From: Candidatus Eiseniibacteriota bacterium
GTDB taxonomy: Bacteria > Eisenbacteria > RBG-16-71-46
Length of the DNA stretch: 64,000 bases
Reading direction: 5' to 3'
Assembly (NCBI GenBank): GCA_963717505.1
Contig: OY970342.1
Coordinates: forward strand, 2,112,001 to 2,176,000
Positions 10,143 to 22,300 of the stretch are shown in pieces (position 1 is the stretch's first letter; every line of letters begins with the position of its first letter). The notes under the pieces are model-generated. The model worked only from the letters and a program-made list of their open reading frames with translations, had not been told where the DNA came from and made no database searches. Both the position numbers and the translations under genes were made by a program.

Positions 10143-11445
10143 GTGAAGCCGACCACTCTTTCGACGTCGAGCGCGCTCGAACCCGAAAGTCTTTCGGCGC
10201 TGGCGCAGGGCCTCATCGGATCCGAGGTCCTGCGCATCGCCGCAGAAGTGCGGGCGCTGATCGCCGCCGGTCAGCCGGTCTGCAATCTCACGGTCGGGGA
10301 CTTCGACTCGAAGGAGTTCTCGCCGCCCGCCGCCCTGGTCGAAGGCATCCGCGCGGCACTGACCGCCGGCCACACCAACTACCCGCCGTCGAACGGCGTG
10401 CCCGAGTTGCGGGCGGCCATCACGCGTTTCGTCGCCCGGGAGTTCGGCCTCGAGTTCGGGGTCGACTCGGTGTTGGTGGCGGGCGGGGCGCGACCGCTGA
10501 TCTACGCGACCTACCGGACGCTGGTCGATCCCGGAGAGCCGGTCGCCTTTCCGGTGCCGTCCTGGAACAACAACCACTATTGCTACCTGACCGGGGCGCG
10601 CCCGATTCCGATCGAGGTCACTCGCGCCTCGCGCTTCCACCCGACCCCGGCCCAGGTGCGCGATGTGCTGCCCCGGATTCGCATGCTGGCCTTGAACACG
10701 CCGCTCAATCCCACGGGCACCGCGATCGACCCCGAGGTGCTGGCCGAAATCGCACGCGACCTGGTCGAAGAGAACGCGAGGCGTCAGGCGCGCGGCGACC
10801 GCCCGGTGTTCCTGCTCTATGACCAGGTCTACTGGGCGCTCGAGTTCGCGCGCATGGATCCGCTGACGCCGGTGGCGCTGGTGCCCGAGGTCGCGCCATT
10901 CACCGTGATGCTCGACGCGATCTCCAAATCGCTGGCGGCCACCGGGCTCAGAGTCGGCTGGTCGGTGGCCGCACCGGCCGTGACCCAGCACATGTCGGAC
11001 CTGCTCGGGCACGTCGGGGCCTGGGCGCCGCGCGCCGAGCAGATCGCGACCGCGGCGTTCCTCGACGACGCTCAGGCGTTCCGCGCGTTTCGCGTGGAGA
11101 TGCAGCGCCGGCTGCGCGAGCGGCTGGAGTTGATCCACAGGACGCTGGGCGCCATGCGCGAACGCGGCCTGCCGGTCGACGCCGATCGCGCCCGAGGGCA
11201 CGCTCTACCTGTCGGCGCGCTTCGACCTCTTCGGTCGCCACGTCGACGGTCGCGAGATTCGGACCAATGACGACATTCGCCGGGTCCTCCTCCAGGGCGC
11301 GGGGATCGCGGTGGTGCCATTCCAGGCGTTCGGTCTCGATCGCGAGGACGGCTGGTTCCGGCTGTCGGTCGGGGGGGTGACCGTGAAGGCGATCGAAGAG
11401 GGCATGGCGCGCCTGGCGCGGCTGCTCGAGGGCGGCATCGCGTAG
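10143..11445 (+). CDS. PLP-dependent aminotransferase class I/II (aspartate aminotransferase-like); one frameshift near 11183
   Basis: Motifs NLTVGDFD, YPPSNGVPELR, NTPLNPTG, DQVY and SKSLAATGLRVGW (PLP Lys). After ~11183 the shifted frame reads IAPEGTLY...AVVPFQAFG...WFRLSVG and stops at TAG 11443-11445. Confidence 0.9.
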
Positions 11446-11605
11446 CCTCGGTTCGCCCCACCTCCGTTCGATTTGAAGCTTGACAGTTGCTGGGTGGCGG
11501 CCGAAACTCGACGCGTCGAAGGTGTCTTGCCCCGCCTTCGCTCCGGGTCGCGAGCCCCCGTGCCGCGCCTCGGACTCGACCTTCGACCGGGGATGGTGGC
11601 GCTCC

Positions 11606-13816
11606 ATGCGATCCGTCCGAATTCTTCTTTCCGCCCTTGCGGCGATCACTCTGGCCACCGGGTCCGCCGCATGGGCCCAGTCCGGTCCGGTTCCGGGCAT
11701 TCCCTTCATCTACCAGGCGAGGGACTTCCGGGACCTGGCCGGCAACGTCACGATTCGTTTCCTCGGAAACTTCCCCGTGGTTTCGCCGGATTCCTGTTGG
11801 CGCGCCGAACCGGTGAGCGACTCACCGCCGGTCCTGCGGCTTGCGCCTGGGGCCTGCGAGGACTCCTCGGGAGTCCCACCTGACACGTGGTCCTGGGTTT
11901 TCGGGCTGGGGCGGCTGGCGCCGGGCCACCACACGGTGCTGATCACGGTGCTGCTCGAGAGGACGCCGATCGAGGCTGGCCCCATCGTCTACCAGGGGTA
12001 CTACTCGTTCGACATTCCGCGTGATTCCATACCCACGGGGCTGCCGTACGTCGACCAGGTGCGGATCGAGCCGGCGTACGCGGACTCGTCGAGCCCCATT
12101 TGCCCGGGCGACAGCATCCGCGTCACCTTGAGCGGCGACTTTCCGACCCCGTGCTTCTCGCTCAAGAAGATCGAGATCCTCGACATCGCGATGACGCCAG
12201 TTCCCGGGCCGCCGGTGATCGGGTTGATCGTGGATCGCGGCGGCTGTTTGGACTGTCCCGAGGTGCTCACACCCTGGAACGCGAGCGTCGTGCTGCCGCC
12301 CCAGCGGGCCGGCGCCTACCACCAGATTCTCCAGATGACCGAGGTCGACTGCGGGCTGCCCGACTCGGTCGTGGCCCGCAACACGGCCGCGGTCCCGTTC
12401 GTCGTCAACGAGTGCCCTCCGCCACTCGAGTGCTTGTGGCCCGGATTCGATCACCCGAATGGTCTCGACGCCTGCGACGCGTTCTTGACGCCCGAGCGAA
12501 CGGCCCGGGTGACGTTCAACCTGAGGACCACGGTGGCGCTGGCCGGACTCCAGGGTCGGTTCTTCCTCGAACCTTCGAAGCTACGCATCGTGTCCATCCA
12601 ACCGGTGGGTCCGGCGCTGGGCATGCACCTGAATTGGGCGCCGACCGAAAACGGCGCACGCTTTACAATGTTCGCCGAGAGTGGTGCCCCGATTCCGGCG
12701 TGCGGGGACGACGTTCTCGACCCCACGCGCTGCCGGCCGCTGCCGGTCATCGACGTGACCCTCGCGGCACTCGATCCTGAGGTCCCGGGAGAGACCTGGG
12801 TGAACGTCACCGAGCTGCTGGGCTCGGACGTGTTCGGCAATGGCGTCCGAATCTGCCCGTTCCGGTTCGACGATCCCTCGCGCCTCGTGTCGATGGGCGC
12901 CCGGGTGTGCTCAGAGCCGGGTTGCGACTTCAACACGGACGGCCGCACCGACGTGCGCGATCTGGTGCTCATGGTCCACTGCGTCAACGATCCGATCCAC
13001 TGCAGCATCCCCACGATCGACTGCAACGGTGATTCGACCCGCTCGATCGAGGACGTGATCTGCTGCGCGATTCACATGTTGCGTGAAGGCAGTATCTGCC
13101 CCGAGTGCCCGCCGGACACGACGCGGCCGGCGCCGCACGTGCGAGGCACCATGGGCGCGCCGGTGATCTCGGAGTCGAGCATCGAGATCCCGGTCACGTT
13201 GATCGGAGCCGAGTTCCTGGGTGGCGCGGTGCTCGAGTTCGACTACCCCGCCGACCGCTACGACGTCGACGTCAGCCTGAACAACGGCTCGGGGATCTGG
13301 CTCGAGCTGGATCAGCTGCGCAGCGGCAAACTCGCGGTTGGCCTGGTACGGACCTCGCCGTTGATCACCCTGGACGTCGACCAGCGGCTGAATATGACGA
13401 TGCGCTTCACGCTCAAACCCGGGCAGACGGCGGGGGGTGATTTCGCCTACGCGCGCGGCGAGTTCAGCGGCTGGGACGGCACGCTGCTCGAGGTCGACCT
13501 CGGGAGCCTGAGCCAGACCCTGGGCACGGGAGCGCAGTTGCAGCTTTCCGAGCCGCGGCCCAACCCGACGGCGGGCGAGACCCGCTTCTCGGTGACGCTC
13601 GACCGCGAGTCCGAGGTCGAGATCGGGGTCTACGATCTGAACGGCCGCCGCGTCGCGACCGTGCATCGGGGCATGTTGACCGCGGGGCCGCACGAGTTCA
13701 CCTGGCAGGGCCGGAACGATCAGGGGAGTGCGGTGCCCAATGGCATCTACTTCTACCGCGCGACCGGGTACGGCAATTCGGTGACCCGCAAGCTGGTGAT
13801 GTTGCGCGGTCGGTGA
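11606..13816 (+). CDS. Secreted Cys-rich protein with cohesin-like domains, a dockerin-like duplicated Ca-binding motif and a C-terminal FlgD-Ig domain
   Basis: Signal peptide MRSVRILLSALAAITLATGSAAWA from ATG 11606. Paired motifs DFNTDGRTDVRDLV and DCNGDSTRSIEDVI. C-terminal PNP...VYDLNGRRV...WQGRNDQG...GIYFYR. Confidence 0.75.
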   Translation: MRSVRILLSALAAITLATGSAAWAQSGPVPGIPFIYQARDFRDLAGNVTIRFLGNFPVVSPDSCWRAEPVSDSPPVLRLAPGACEDSSGVPPDTWSWVFGLGRLAPGHHTVLITVLLERTPIEAGPIVYQGYYSFDIPRDSIPTGLPYVDQVRIEPAYADSSSPICPGDSIRVTLSGDFPTPCFSLKKIEILDIAMTPVPGPPVIGLIVDRGGCLDCPEVLTPWNASVVLPPQRAGAYHQILQMTEVDCGLPDSVVARNTAAVPFVVNECPPPLECLWPGFDHPNGLDACDAFLTPERTARVTFNLRTTVALAGLQGRFFLEPSKLRIVSIQPVGPALGMHLNWAPTENGARFTMFAESGAPIPACGDDVLDPTRCRPLPVIDVTLAALDPEVPGETWVNVTELLGSDVFGNGVRICPFRFDDPSRLVSMGARVCSEPGCDFNTDGRTDVRDLVLMVHCVNDPIHCSIPTIDCNGDSTRSIEDVICCAIHMLREGSICPECPPDTTRPAPHVRGTMGAPVISESSIEIPVTLIGAEFLGGAVLEFDYPADRYDVDVSLNNGSGIWLELDQLRSGKLAVGLVRTSPLITLDVDQRLNMTMRFTLKPGQTAGGDFAYARGEFSGWDGTLLEVDLGSLSQTLGTGAQLQLSEPRPNPTAGETRFSVTLDRESEVEIGVYDLNGRRVATVHRGMLTAGPHEFTWQGRNDQGSAVPNGIYFYRATGYGNSVTRKLVMLRGR

Positions 13817-13841
13817 AGCTCGATCGAAAGAATCGAACCGG

Positions 13842-13865
13842 AGGGCGGCCCGCAAGGGTCGCCCT
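13842..13865 (+). terminator. GC-rich hairpin with a GCAA tetraloop between the dockerin-like gene and the TonB-dependent receptor gene
   Basis: AGGGCGGCCC-GCAA-GGGTCGCCCT: 10-bp stem with one G-U pair. There is no U tract, so it may instead stabilise mRNA or control translation. Confidence 0.45.
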
Positions 13866-13870
13866 TCGAC

Positions 13871-16310
13871 ATGTGGGCCGCGCTTGCTCACCGGTCTGAC
13901 CGCGGTACTGCTCGCGATCGCACCCGGGGACTCGACCGCGGCCGATTCGACGCGGCCACCGGCGGTCGCGGACAGCACGACCGAGGCCTTGCTGCCCAGG
14001 GCTGCAGTCCGGCTCCAGGAACTGGTGGTTCGGGCGAGCCGGCTCCACGATCCGCTCTCGAGCCAGACGGTCCATGTGATCCAGTCGGATCTCGTGCGCG
14101 CCCTGCCCTTCGATCGCGTGGTCGAGGTGCTGGCGACTCGGGCCGGAGTCGTCGCTCGCGGCGAGGAGCTGCACGTGCGCGGCGGCCGGGCGGGGGAGAC
14201 CCACGTCACCTTGAACGGCATTGGCCTGAACGAGCCGCGGCACGGGGTACCGCTCGAGCTGCCCTCGCTCGCGGTGCGTGAAGTCGACCTGGTGACCGGC
14301 GGGCTCGACGCCGACCTGGGGGGCGGCCTCGCGGGAGTCGTGGCGTATCGGACGCAGGAGCCGGGCGAGCGACCGGGGGGCGAGCTGGTCTGGAAGACCG
14401 ACGGCCGGCTCTCGACCCATTACGACCAGGTGGGCGCCCGTCTGTCGAGCCCGCTGCCCGGCGGGCTGGGGCTGGTGGCGAGCGGCGAGGCCACGCTCGA
14501 CGACACGCACCTGCCGATGCTCAGGACCGAGTCGCGCGAGCAGATCCTCGGCGGCTCCTTTGGCTGGCGCGCGCAGAACCGCCTGCTCGGACACGCCAAG
14601 CTCACCGCCCGAGCCGGGGTGTCGCGGCTCGCCCTCGACGTGATCGCCAATCGGCGGGTCACTCGGCCCTATGATCCCATGTGGTCGCTCGATGGCTACA
14701 CCAGCCCCTGCGACGATCCGTTCTGCGTCGAAGGTCCGGTGTTCAGCCCGACTCCGCAGCCCGGATACTCACGCTATCGAGCCGCCGATCACCTGGCGAT
14801 CACCGACGAGCGTGGTTCGGCCTCGGTGCTGGCCTGGACCCATGCCGGCGGGCCGCTGCTCCTGCGCGCGGCGGCCGGGTGGCGGCACGCCAACCTCGTG
14901 ACCTCGCTCGATGGCCGGGACGATGCTTCCTACCTCGTGCCCGAGCGCTATCCGGAGTTTGGACTCGCGGAGTCCGACAAGAGCCAGCCGTTCTACGCGT
15001 ATCGCGGGGACGAACCCTTCTTTTCCCGCTCGACCAGCGATCAATGGACGGTGCGTGGCGACGTTCAACACTCGACGCAACGCGGGGGCTTGATCAAGGC
15101 CGGGGTGGGCCTGCTCTACGACCGCGCCGAGCTCGACGAGATCGACTTCACGGTGCAGACCCCGGGGGTCGACTCCGCGCGCGCCTACCGCATCTGGGCG
15201 CCGGGCGGCTACGCCTACGCACAGGGGCGATGGATCTTCGAAGGTCTGGTGGCCCACGGTGGGCTGCGACTCGAGTACTTCGATCCCGGACCCCAGGCCG
15301 ACCAGCAGTCGTTCCCGATCTCGGGCGGCGGCGCCGTCTGGTCGCTGTCGCCCCGCCTGGGCATCGCGTACCCGATCTCGGTGCGCGACGTGTTCTCGCT
15401 CTCGTACCTGCGGGCGTTCCAGAATCCCGAACGCGACTTCCTGTACGACACGCGGGCGAGGACCACGAACCAACAGCCCATCGGCAGGCCCGATCTCGAG
15501 CCGGCGACGATGATCTCCTACCAGGCGGCGGTGAAGCACATCTTCGATCCCCAGTGGTCGCTCCAGGCGGCGGTCTTCTACCGTGACGTGTACGGCCAGG
15601 TCGGCGCGCGCGACGTCAGCCCGGAGAACGACGTTCCCCAGCTTCATTTTCGAAGCGAAGAGGACGCCAGCGTTTCGGGCATCGAAGCCTCGCTGCGTCA
15701 GTCTGCTCCGGAGATGTTCGTCGAACTGCACTACACCTACCTCGAGGCGCGCGGTTCGGCATCGGCCGAGGAGGGGACCCCCTACGGCTCGCAGCTGGGA
15801 CGCCGGGCCGAGGACATCTCCCAGCACGACCTCGACTGGGACCGGCGCCATACGTTCCAGTTCCTGGCGCATCGCGAATGGCCGGGGCTCGGGTCGATCT
15901 CGTGGGCGACGTTCGTCGGTTCGGGACTGCCGTGGACGCCGCGAGCGAGACGACAGGTGATCTCGGACCCGGCGCTCGAGAACAGTGAACGGCTCAAGTG
16001 GGAGGAGAACACCTCAGTCGCGGTGCGCGGGGACCTGCCGTGGACCGATCGCATCACGCTCGGCGTGGAGGTGCGCAACCTGTTCGATTTCCGGAGCGAG
16101 GTCGCGGTCACGGCCGACGGCTATCCGAACCCGCAGATCAACACGTTGTTCGACGACTACGGGGCGTTTCGCACCGAGACCGGGCGCGGCGGCGGCGCCT
16201 ACTGGAACGACACGGACAACGACGGGATTCCGGGCTGGATCCCGGTGCACGACGCGCGGCTGTTCGCGCCGCCGCGCACGTTGCGGATGACGCTGAACGC
16301 GCGCTGGTAG
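13871..16310 (+). CDS. TonB-dependent outer-membrane receptor; probable one-base error just after ATG 13871, main ORF 13884-16310
   Basis: Signal peptide, plug motifs LHVRGGRAGE and VTGGLDADLGGGLAGVV, beta-barrel motifs LSPRLGIAYPIS and VRNLFD, and terminal PPRTLRMTLNARW ending in Trp. Confidence 0.9.
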
Positions 16311-16370
16311 GTGGGAGCCCGGGCCGGGCGGACCCGGCAAGGGGGAGATGGCGCTAGCGGTTGGAAGCGC

Positions 16371-19300
16371 CTAGCGGGTCATCACCACGCGACGGATGAT
16401 CGCGCGGCCGTTGACCATCAGGCGGGCCAGGTAGATCCCCGACGCCGCCGGCTCGCCGCGATCGGTGCGGCCATCCCAGGTCGCCGTGTGGCGGCCCGCG
16501 CCCAGATCCGCGCTCTCGACCACGTTCCGGCTGACGCGGCCCATGGCGTCGAAGATCTGCAGTTCCACGCGTCCGGGGCTCGGCAGCGTGTAGCTGAACG
16601 TCACGGTGCCGTGCGACGGCGACGGGTACGGAAGCGCGAACGACAGCACGCTCGGCGCCGGTGTTTCGACTCCGGTCGGGACCGGCACGTAGAAGATGCG
16701 GCCGATCTCGCCGGTCAAGTCCGCGTAGTCGATCGACATGCGGCAGTACCACAGGGCGCCGTCGGGGCCGATCAGGAAGTCGGACACCTCGTCGAATCCC
16801 GTGCCCCAGTCCGTGGGGTTCGGCTGTCCCGGCACCGCCGGAGCGGGCCCCCAGCTCGTGCCGTTGAACTTCAGGCGACGCAGGAAGCCTGCGTAGTGAT
16901 CGCTGTAGAAGTAGTCGCCTTCGTATTCGAGCGGGAAGTCGCAGCTCGCGCATCCAGTGGACCGGTAGACGCCGCCGCTGACCACCGAGGCCGTGAAGCC
17001 GGTCCGATCGTAGGCATAGATCGGCGCCGTGACCACCACGCCATTGGCCAGCGAGTTGCACTGGTTGATGTGGGCGGCCGGTCCCTCGAAGTGCGGCCAT
17101 CCGAAGTTCATGCCCGGTCCGGTCACCCGGTCGATCTCTTCGTACTGGATGTCGCCGACGTCGGCCACGAACAGCTCGCCGTTCGCCGGGTCGATGCTGA
17201 AGCGGAACGGATTGCGCAGGCCCATGGCCCAGACCAGCCGCATGTCGGGATTGGGGTGCGTGAGCAGGGGATTGCCGGGTGCTGCGAGCGACGCGCGGCT
17301 GGGCGGAGGTCCGGCGCCGTTGGCGACTCCGGTGATGTTCAGCCGCAGCAGGACACCCGAGAGCTGGGTCGAATCCTGGGCGGTGCACTGGTTGGAGTCA
17401 TCGCCGAGCGAAACGTACAGCATGCCGTCGGGCCCGAAGCGCAGCGTGCCGCCATTGTGAATCGGGTTCTGATTGGGCAAGCCGCGCAGTATGTCGCGGC
17501 GCGAGTTGGCCAGGATGTGCAGATTGTTGCTGGCGCCGTCGGTCAGGTCGCCCTGAGCGGTCATGCGCGAGATCCGGATCGTCCCGCCCAGCGCCGTGTA
17601 GTGCAGGTAAATGTAGGGCCGGCTCGGCCAATCGGGATCCACCGCGATCCCGAACAGGCCCTGCTCGCCCCCGGTGATCGCGACGCTGTCGACCACGCCG
17701 GCGGGATCGACCGTCGACAGCATGCTGTTCACGATCATGCGAATGTTGCCGCTGTACAGCTCGACGAACAGCAACCGCCCATCCGGCAGGAACGCCATGC
17801 CGGCCGGATAGCTGAGCCCGGCCGCCTTCGCCTGGATCAGGAACCGCTCCGGCAGCTTGACCGGCGCGGCTATCGGGTCGAAGTGGGCATTCACCACCTT
17901 CGGTCCGGTCATCATGACCGAGGTCGGGTTGTCCGGGCCGCTGGCATCGCCACTCCACATCCGGAACCGGTACTGGTGTGCCGGATCCGCGGTGAGCTGA
18001 ACCAGAGTGCCATGGGCGTAGGTGCCGGTCTGGGTCGTCGGTTCCTGCTCCACCAGGCCGCTGCCGATCAGGTTCACGGTCAGCGAATACATGTTGATGC
18101 TGAACGTCGCCGTGATGGTCTTGTTCCGGTTCATGACGACGTTGAGCGGATTCGTCAGCCCGGTGGCGTCACCGCTCCAGCCCATGAAGGTGTGCGCGGC
18201 CGCCGGGTTCGCTGTGATCTGAACCGTCGAGCCGTGCGTGTAGGTCGGCTGGTCGGGCACCTTGACCACCGCACCATTGCCGTCGATGACGATGGTCAGC
18301 GTGTAGCTGTTGATCGTGAAGGTGGCGGTGTAGCTCTTGTTCCCGTTCATGATCTTGGTGAACGGGTTCACGGTGCCGGTGGTGTCGCCGCTCCAGGCCG
18401 TGAAGCTGTAGCCGACCGCCGGGGTCGCGGTGAGCACAACCGAGGTGCCATGGTTGTAGGTCGGCTGGTTCGGGTTCTTGGCCACCGACCCGCTGCCGAC
18501 CGTGGTCACCGACAACGTATAGACGTTGAGGGTGAACGTGGCGGTGTAGCTCTTGTTCCCGTTCATGATCTTGGTGAACGGGTTCATGGTGCCGGTGGTG
18601 TCTCCACTCCAGGCCGAGAACGAATAGCCGAAGCCGGCGCTGGCGTTGAGCTGGACCGCCGTGCCGTGGTTGTAGGTCGGCTGATCCGGGGTCTTGAACA
18701 CCGCGCCGTTGCCGGTCACGAACGTGGTCAGCGTATAGACGTTGATGGTGAAGGTGGCGGTGTAAGTCTTGTTCCCGTTCATGATCTTGGTGAACGGGTT
18801 CATGGTGCCGGTGGTGTCGCCGCTCCAGGCCGAGAACGTGTACCCGGTGCCGGGGTTGGCGGTCAGTTGAACCGAGGTGCCGTGGTTGTAGGTCGGTTGA
18901 TTCGGATTGCGGGCCACGGAGCCGTTGCCGACGATGTTCACCGTCAGGGTATAGGCGTTGATCACGAACGTCGCGGTGTAGCTCTTGCTCTCGTGCAGGA
19001 TCACGGTGAACGGGTTGTTGGTGCCGGTGGTGTCGCCGCTCCACGCCGAGAACGAGTAGCCGCTGCCCGGAACCGCCGTGACCAGAACCGAGGTGCCGTG
19101 ATTGTAGTTCGCCTGGCTGGGGTTCCGGTTCACCGAACCGGACCCGACCACTGAAGTCGAGATCGTGTAGGTGTTGATGGTGAAGGTGGCGGTGTAGCTC
19201 TTGTTCCCGTTCATGATCTTGGTGAACGGGTTCATGGTGCCGGTGGTGTCGCCACTCCACGCCGAGAACGAATAGCCGAAGCCGGCGCTGGCGGTGAGCT

Positions 19301-22300
19301 GGACCGAAGTGCCGTGGTTGTAGGTCGGCTGATCCGGGCTCTTGAACACCGCGCCGTTGCCGGTCACGAAGGTCGTCAGCGTATAGGTGTTGATGGTGAA
19401 GGTGGCGGTGTAGCTCTTGTTCCCGTTCATGATCTTGGTGAACGGATTCATGGTGCCGGTGGTGTCGCCGCTCCACGCCGAGAACGAGTACCCGGTGCCC
19501 GGGACCGCGGTCAGCTGGACCGAGGTGCCGTGGTTGTAGGTGGCCTGGTTCGGGTTGCGGTTCACCGAGCCGCTGCCGACGGTGTTCACCGTCAACGTAT
19601 AGACGTTGATCGCGAAGGTCGCGGTATAGGACTTGTTTCCGTTCATCACCACGGTGAATGGGTTCACGGTGCCGGTGGTGTCGCCACTCCATGCGGCGAG
19701 TGAGTATCCGGTCGAGGGAACCGCGGTGACCAGGACGGAAGTGCCGTGGTTGTAGTTCGCCTGGCTCGGGTTCCGGGTCACCGATCCGGTTCCGGCCGGC
19801 GTCACGCTGGTCGACAGCGTGTAGGTGTTGATGATGAACGTTGCGGTCACAATCTTGTTGCCGTTCATCGAGATGTTTCTGGGGTTGGCCGACCCGCTCG
19901 CGTCACCACTCCAGCTACCGAACGTGTAGCCGACTGCCGGGACGGCGGTCATCTGAACCGAGGTTCCATGGGTGTACGTCGGCTGGTCCGGGTTCCTGAG
20001 GACGGTTCCGCCGCCGACGATGTTAATGGTCAGGGTGTAGGAGTTGATCGTGAAGGTGGCGGTGTAGCTCTTGTTGCCGTTCATGATCTTGGTGAACGGA
20101 TTCATGGTGCCGGTGGTGTCACCGCTCCAGGCCGTGAACGCGTAGCCAATCGCGGGCACCGCGGTGAGCTGAACCGACGTGCCGTGGTTGTAGGTCGGCT
20201 GATCGGGATTCTTGGTGACCGAACCCAAGCCGACCGTGTTCACGGTCAGGGTGTAGCTGTTGATCGTGAAGGTGGCCGTATAGCTGCGGTTCCCATTCAT
20301 GATCTTGGTGAACGGGTTCATGGTGCCGGTGGTGTCGCCGCTCCAACCGGTGAACGAATAGAAGGCGCCCGGAGTGGCCGTGAGCTGAACCGACGTTCCG
20401 TGGTTGTACGACGGCTGGTCTGGGTTCTTGCTCACCGAGCCCGAGCCCACCGTGTTCACCGTCAGGGTGTAGCTATTGATCGTGAAGGTGGCGGTGTAGC
20501 TCTTGTTCCCGTTCATGATCTTGGTGAACGGGTTCATGGTGCCGGTGGTGTCACCGCTCCACGCCGAGAACGAGTAGCCGGTGCCCGGAACCGCCGTGAC
20601 CTGGACCGAGGTACCGTGGTTGTAGGTCGCCTGGCTGGGGTTGCGGTTCACCGAGCCCGACCCGACCACCGAGGTCGATAGCGTGTAGGTGTTGATGGTG
20701 AACGTGGCCGTATAGCTCTTGTTCTCGTGCAGGATCACGGTGAACGGGTTGTTGGTGCCCGTCGTGTCACCACTCCAGCCGGTGAACGAGTAGCCGGTGC
20801 CCGGCACGGCCGTGACCTGGACCGAGGTGCCATGGTTGTAGGTCGCCTGGCTGGGGTTGCGGTTCACCGAGCCCGACCCGACCACCGAGGTCGAGAGCGT
20901 GTAGGTGTTGAGGGTGAAGGTGGCGGTGTAGCTCTTGTTCCCGTTCATGATCTTGGTGAACGGGTTCATGGTGCCGGTGGTGTCGCCGCTCCACGCCGAG
21001 AACGAGTAGCCGAAGCCGGCGCTGGCGGTGAGCTGGACCGAGGTGCCGTGGTTGTAGGTCGGCTGATCCGGGCTCTTGAATACTGCGCCATTGCCGACCA
21101 CCGAGGTCGAGAGCGTGTAGGTGTTGATGTCGAACGTGGCGGTATAGCTCTTGTTCCCGTTCATGATCTTGGTGAACGGGTTCATCGTTCCGGTGGTGTC
21201 GCCGCTCCAGCTGGTGAAGTGGTAGCCGGTGCCCGGCACTGCCGTGACCTGGACCGAGGTGCCGTGGTTGTAGGTCGCCTGGCTGGGGTTGCGGGTCACC
21301 GACCCGGACCCGACCACCGAGGTCGACAGCGTGTAGGTGTTGAGGGTAAACGTCGCGGTGTAGCTCTTGTTCCCGTTCATGATCTTGGTGAACGGGTTCA
21401 TGGTACCGGTGGTGTCCCCGCTCCAGGCCGAGAACGAGTAGCCCAGTCCGGCGCTGGCGGTGAGCTGGACCGAGGTGCCGTGATTGTAGGTCGGCTGATC
21501 CGGGTTCTTGAGCACCGCACCATTGCCGACCACGGAAGTCGAGAGCGTGTAGCCATTGATGGTGAACGTTGCGGTGTAGCTCTTGTTCCCGTTCATGATC
21601 TTGGTGAACGGGTTCATGGTGCCGGTGGTGTCACCGCTCCAGCTCGAGAACGAGTAGCCGCTGCCCGGCACTGCCGTGACCTGGACCGAGGTGCCGTGGT
21701 CGTAGGTCGCCTGGCTGGGGTTGCGAGTCACCGAGCCCGAGCCGACCACCGAGGTCGAGAGCGTGTAGGTGTTGATCGCGAAGGTGGCCGTATAGCTCTT
21801 GTTCTCGTGCAGGATCACGGTGAACGGGTTGTTGGTGCCCGTCGTGTCGCCGCTCCAGCCGGTGAACGAGTAGCCGGTTCCCGGCACGGCCGTGACCTGG
21901 ACCGAGGTGCCGTGGTTGTAGGTCGCCTGGCTCGGGTTCCGAGTCACCGAGCCCGAGCCGACCACCGAGGTCGAGAGCGTGTAGGTGTTGATCGCGAAGG
22001 TGGCCGTATAGCTCTTGTTCCCGTTCATGATCTTGGTGAACGGGTTCATGGTGCCGGTGGTGTCGCCGCTCCACGCCGAGAACGAGTAGCCGAAGCCGGC
22101 GCTGGCGGTGAGCTGGACCGAGGTGCCGTGGTTGTAGGTCGGCTGATCCGGGCTCTTGAATACTGCGCCATTGCCGACCACCGAGGTCGAGAGCGTGTAG
22201 GTGTTGATCGCGAAGGTGGCGGTATAGCTCTTGTTCCCGTTCATGATCTTGGTGAACGGGTTCATGGTGCCGGTGGTGTCGCCGCTCCAGCTGGCGAACG

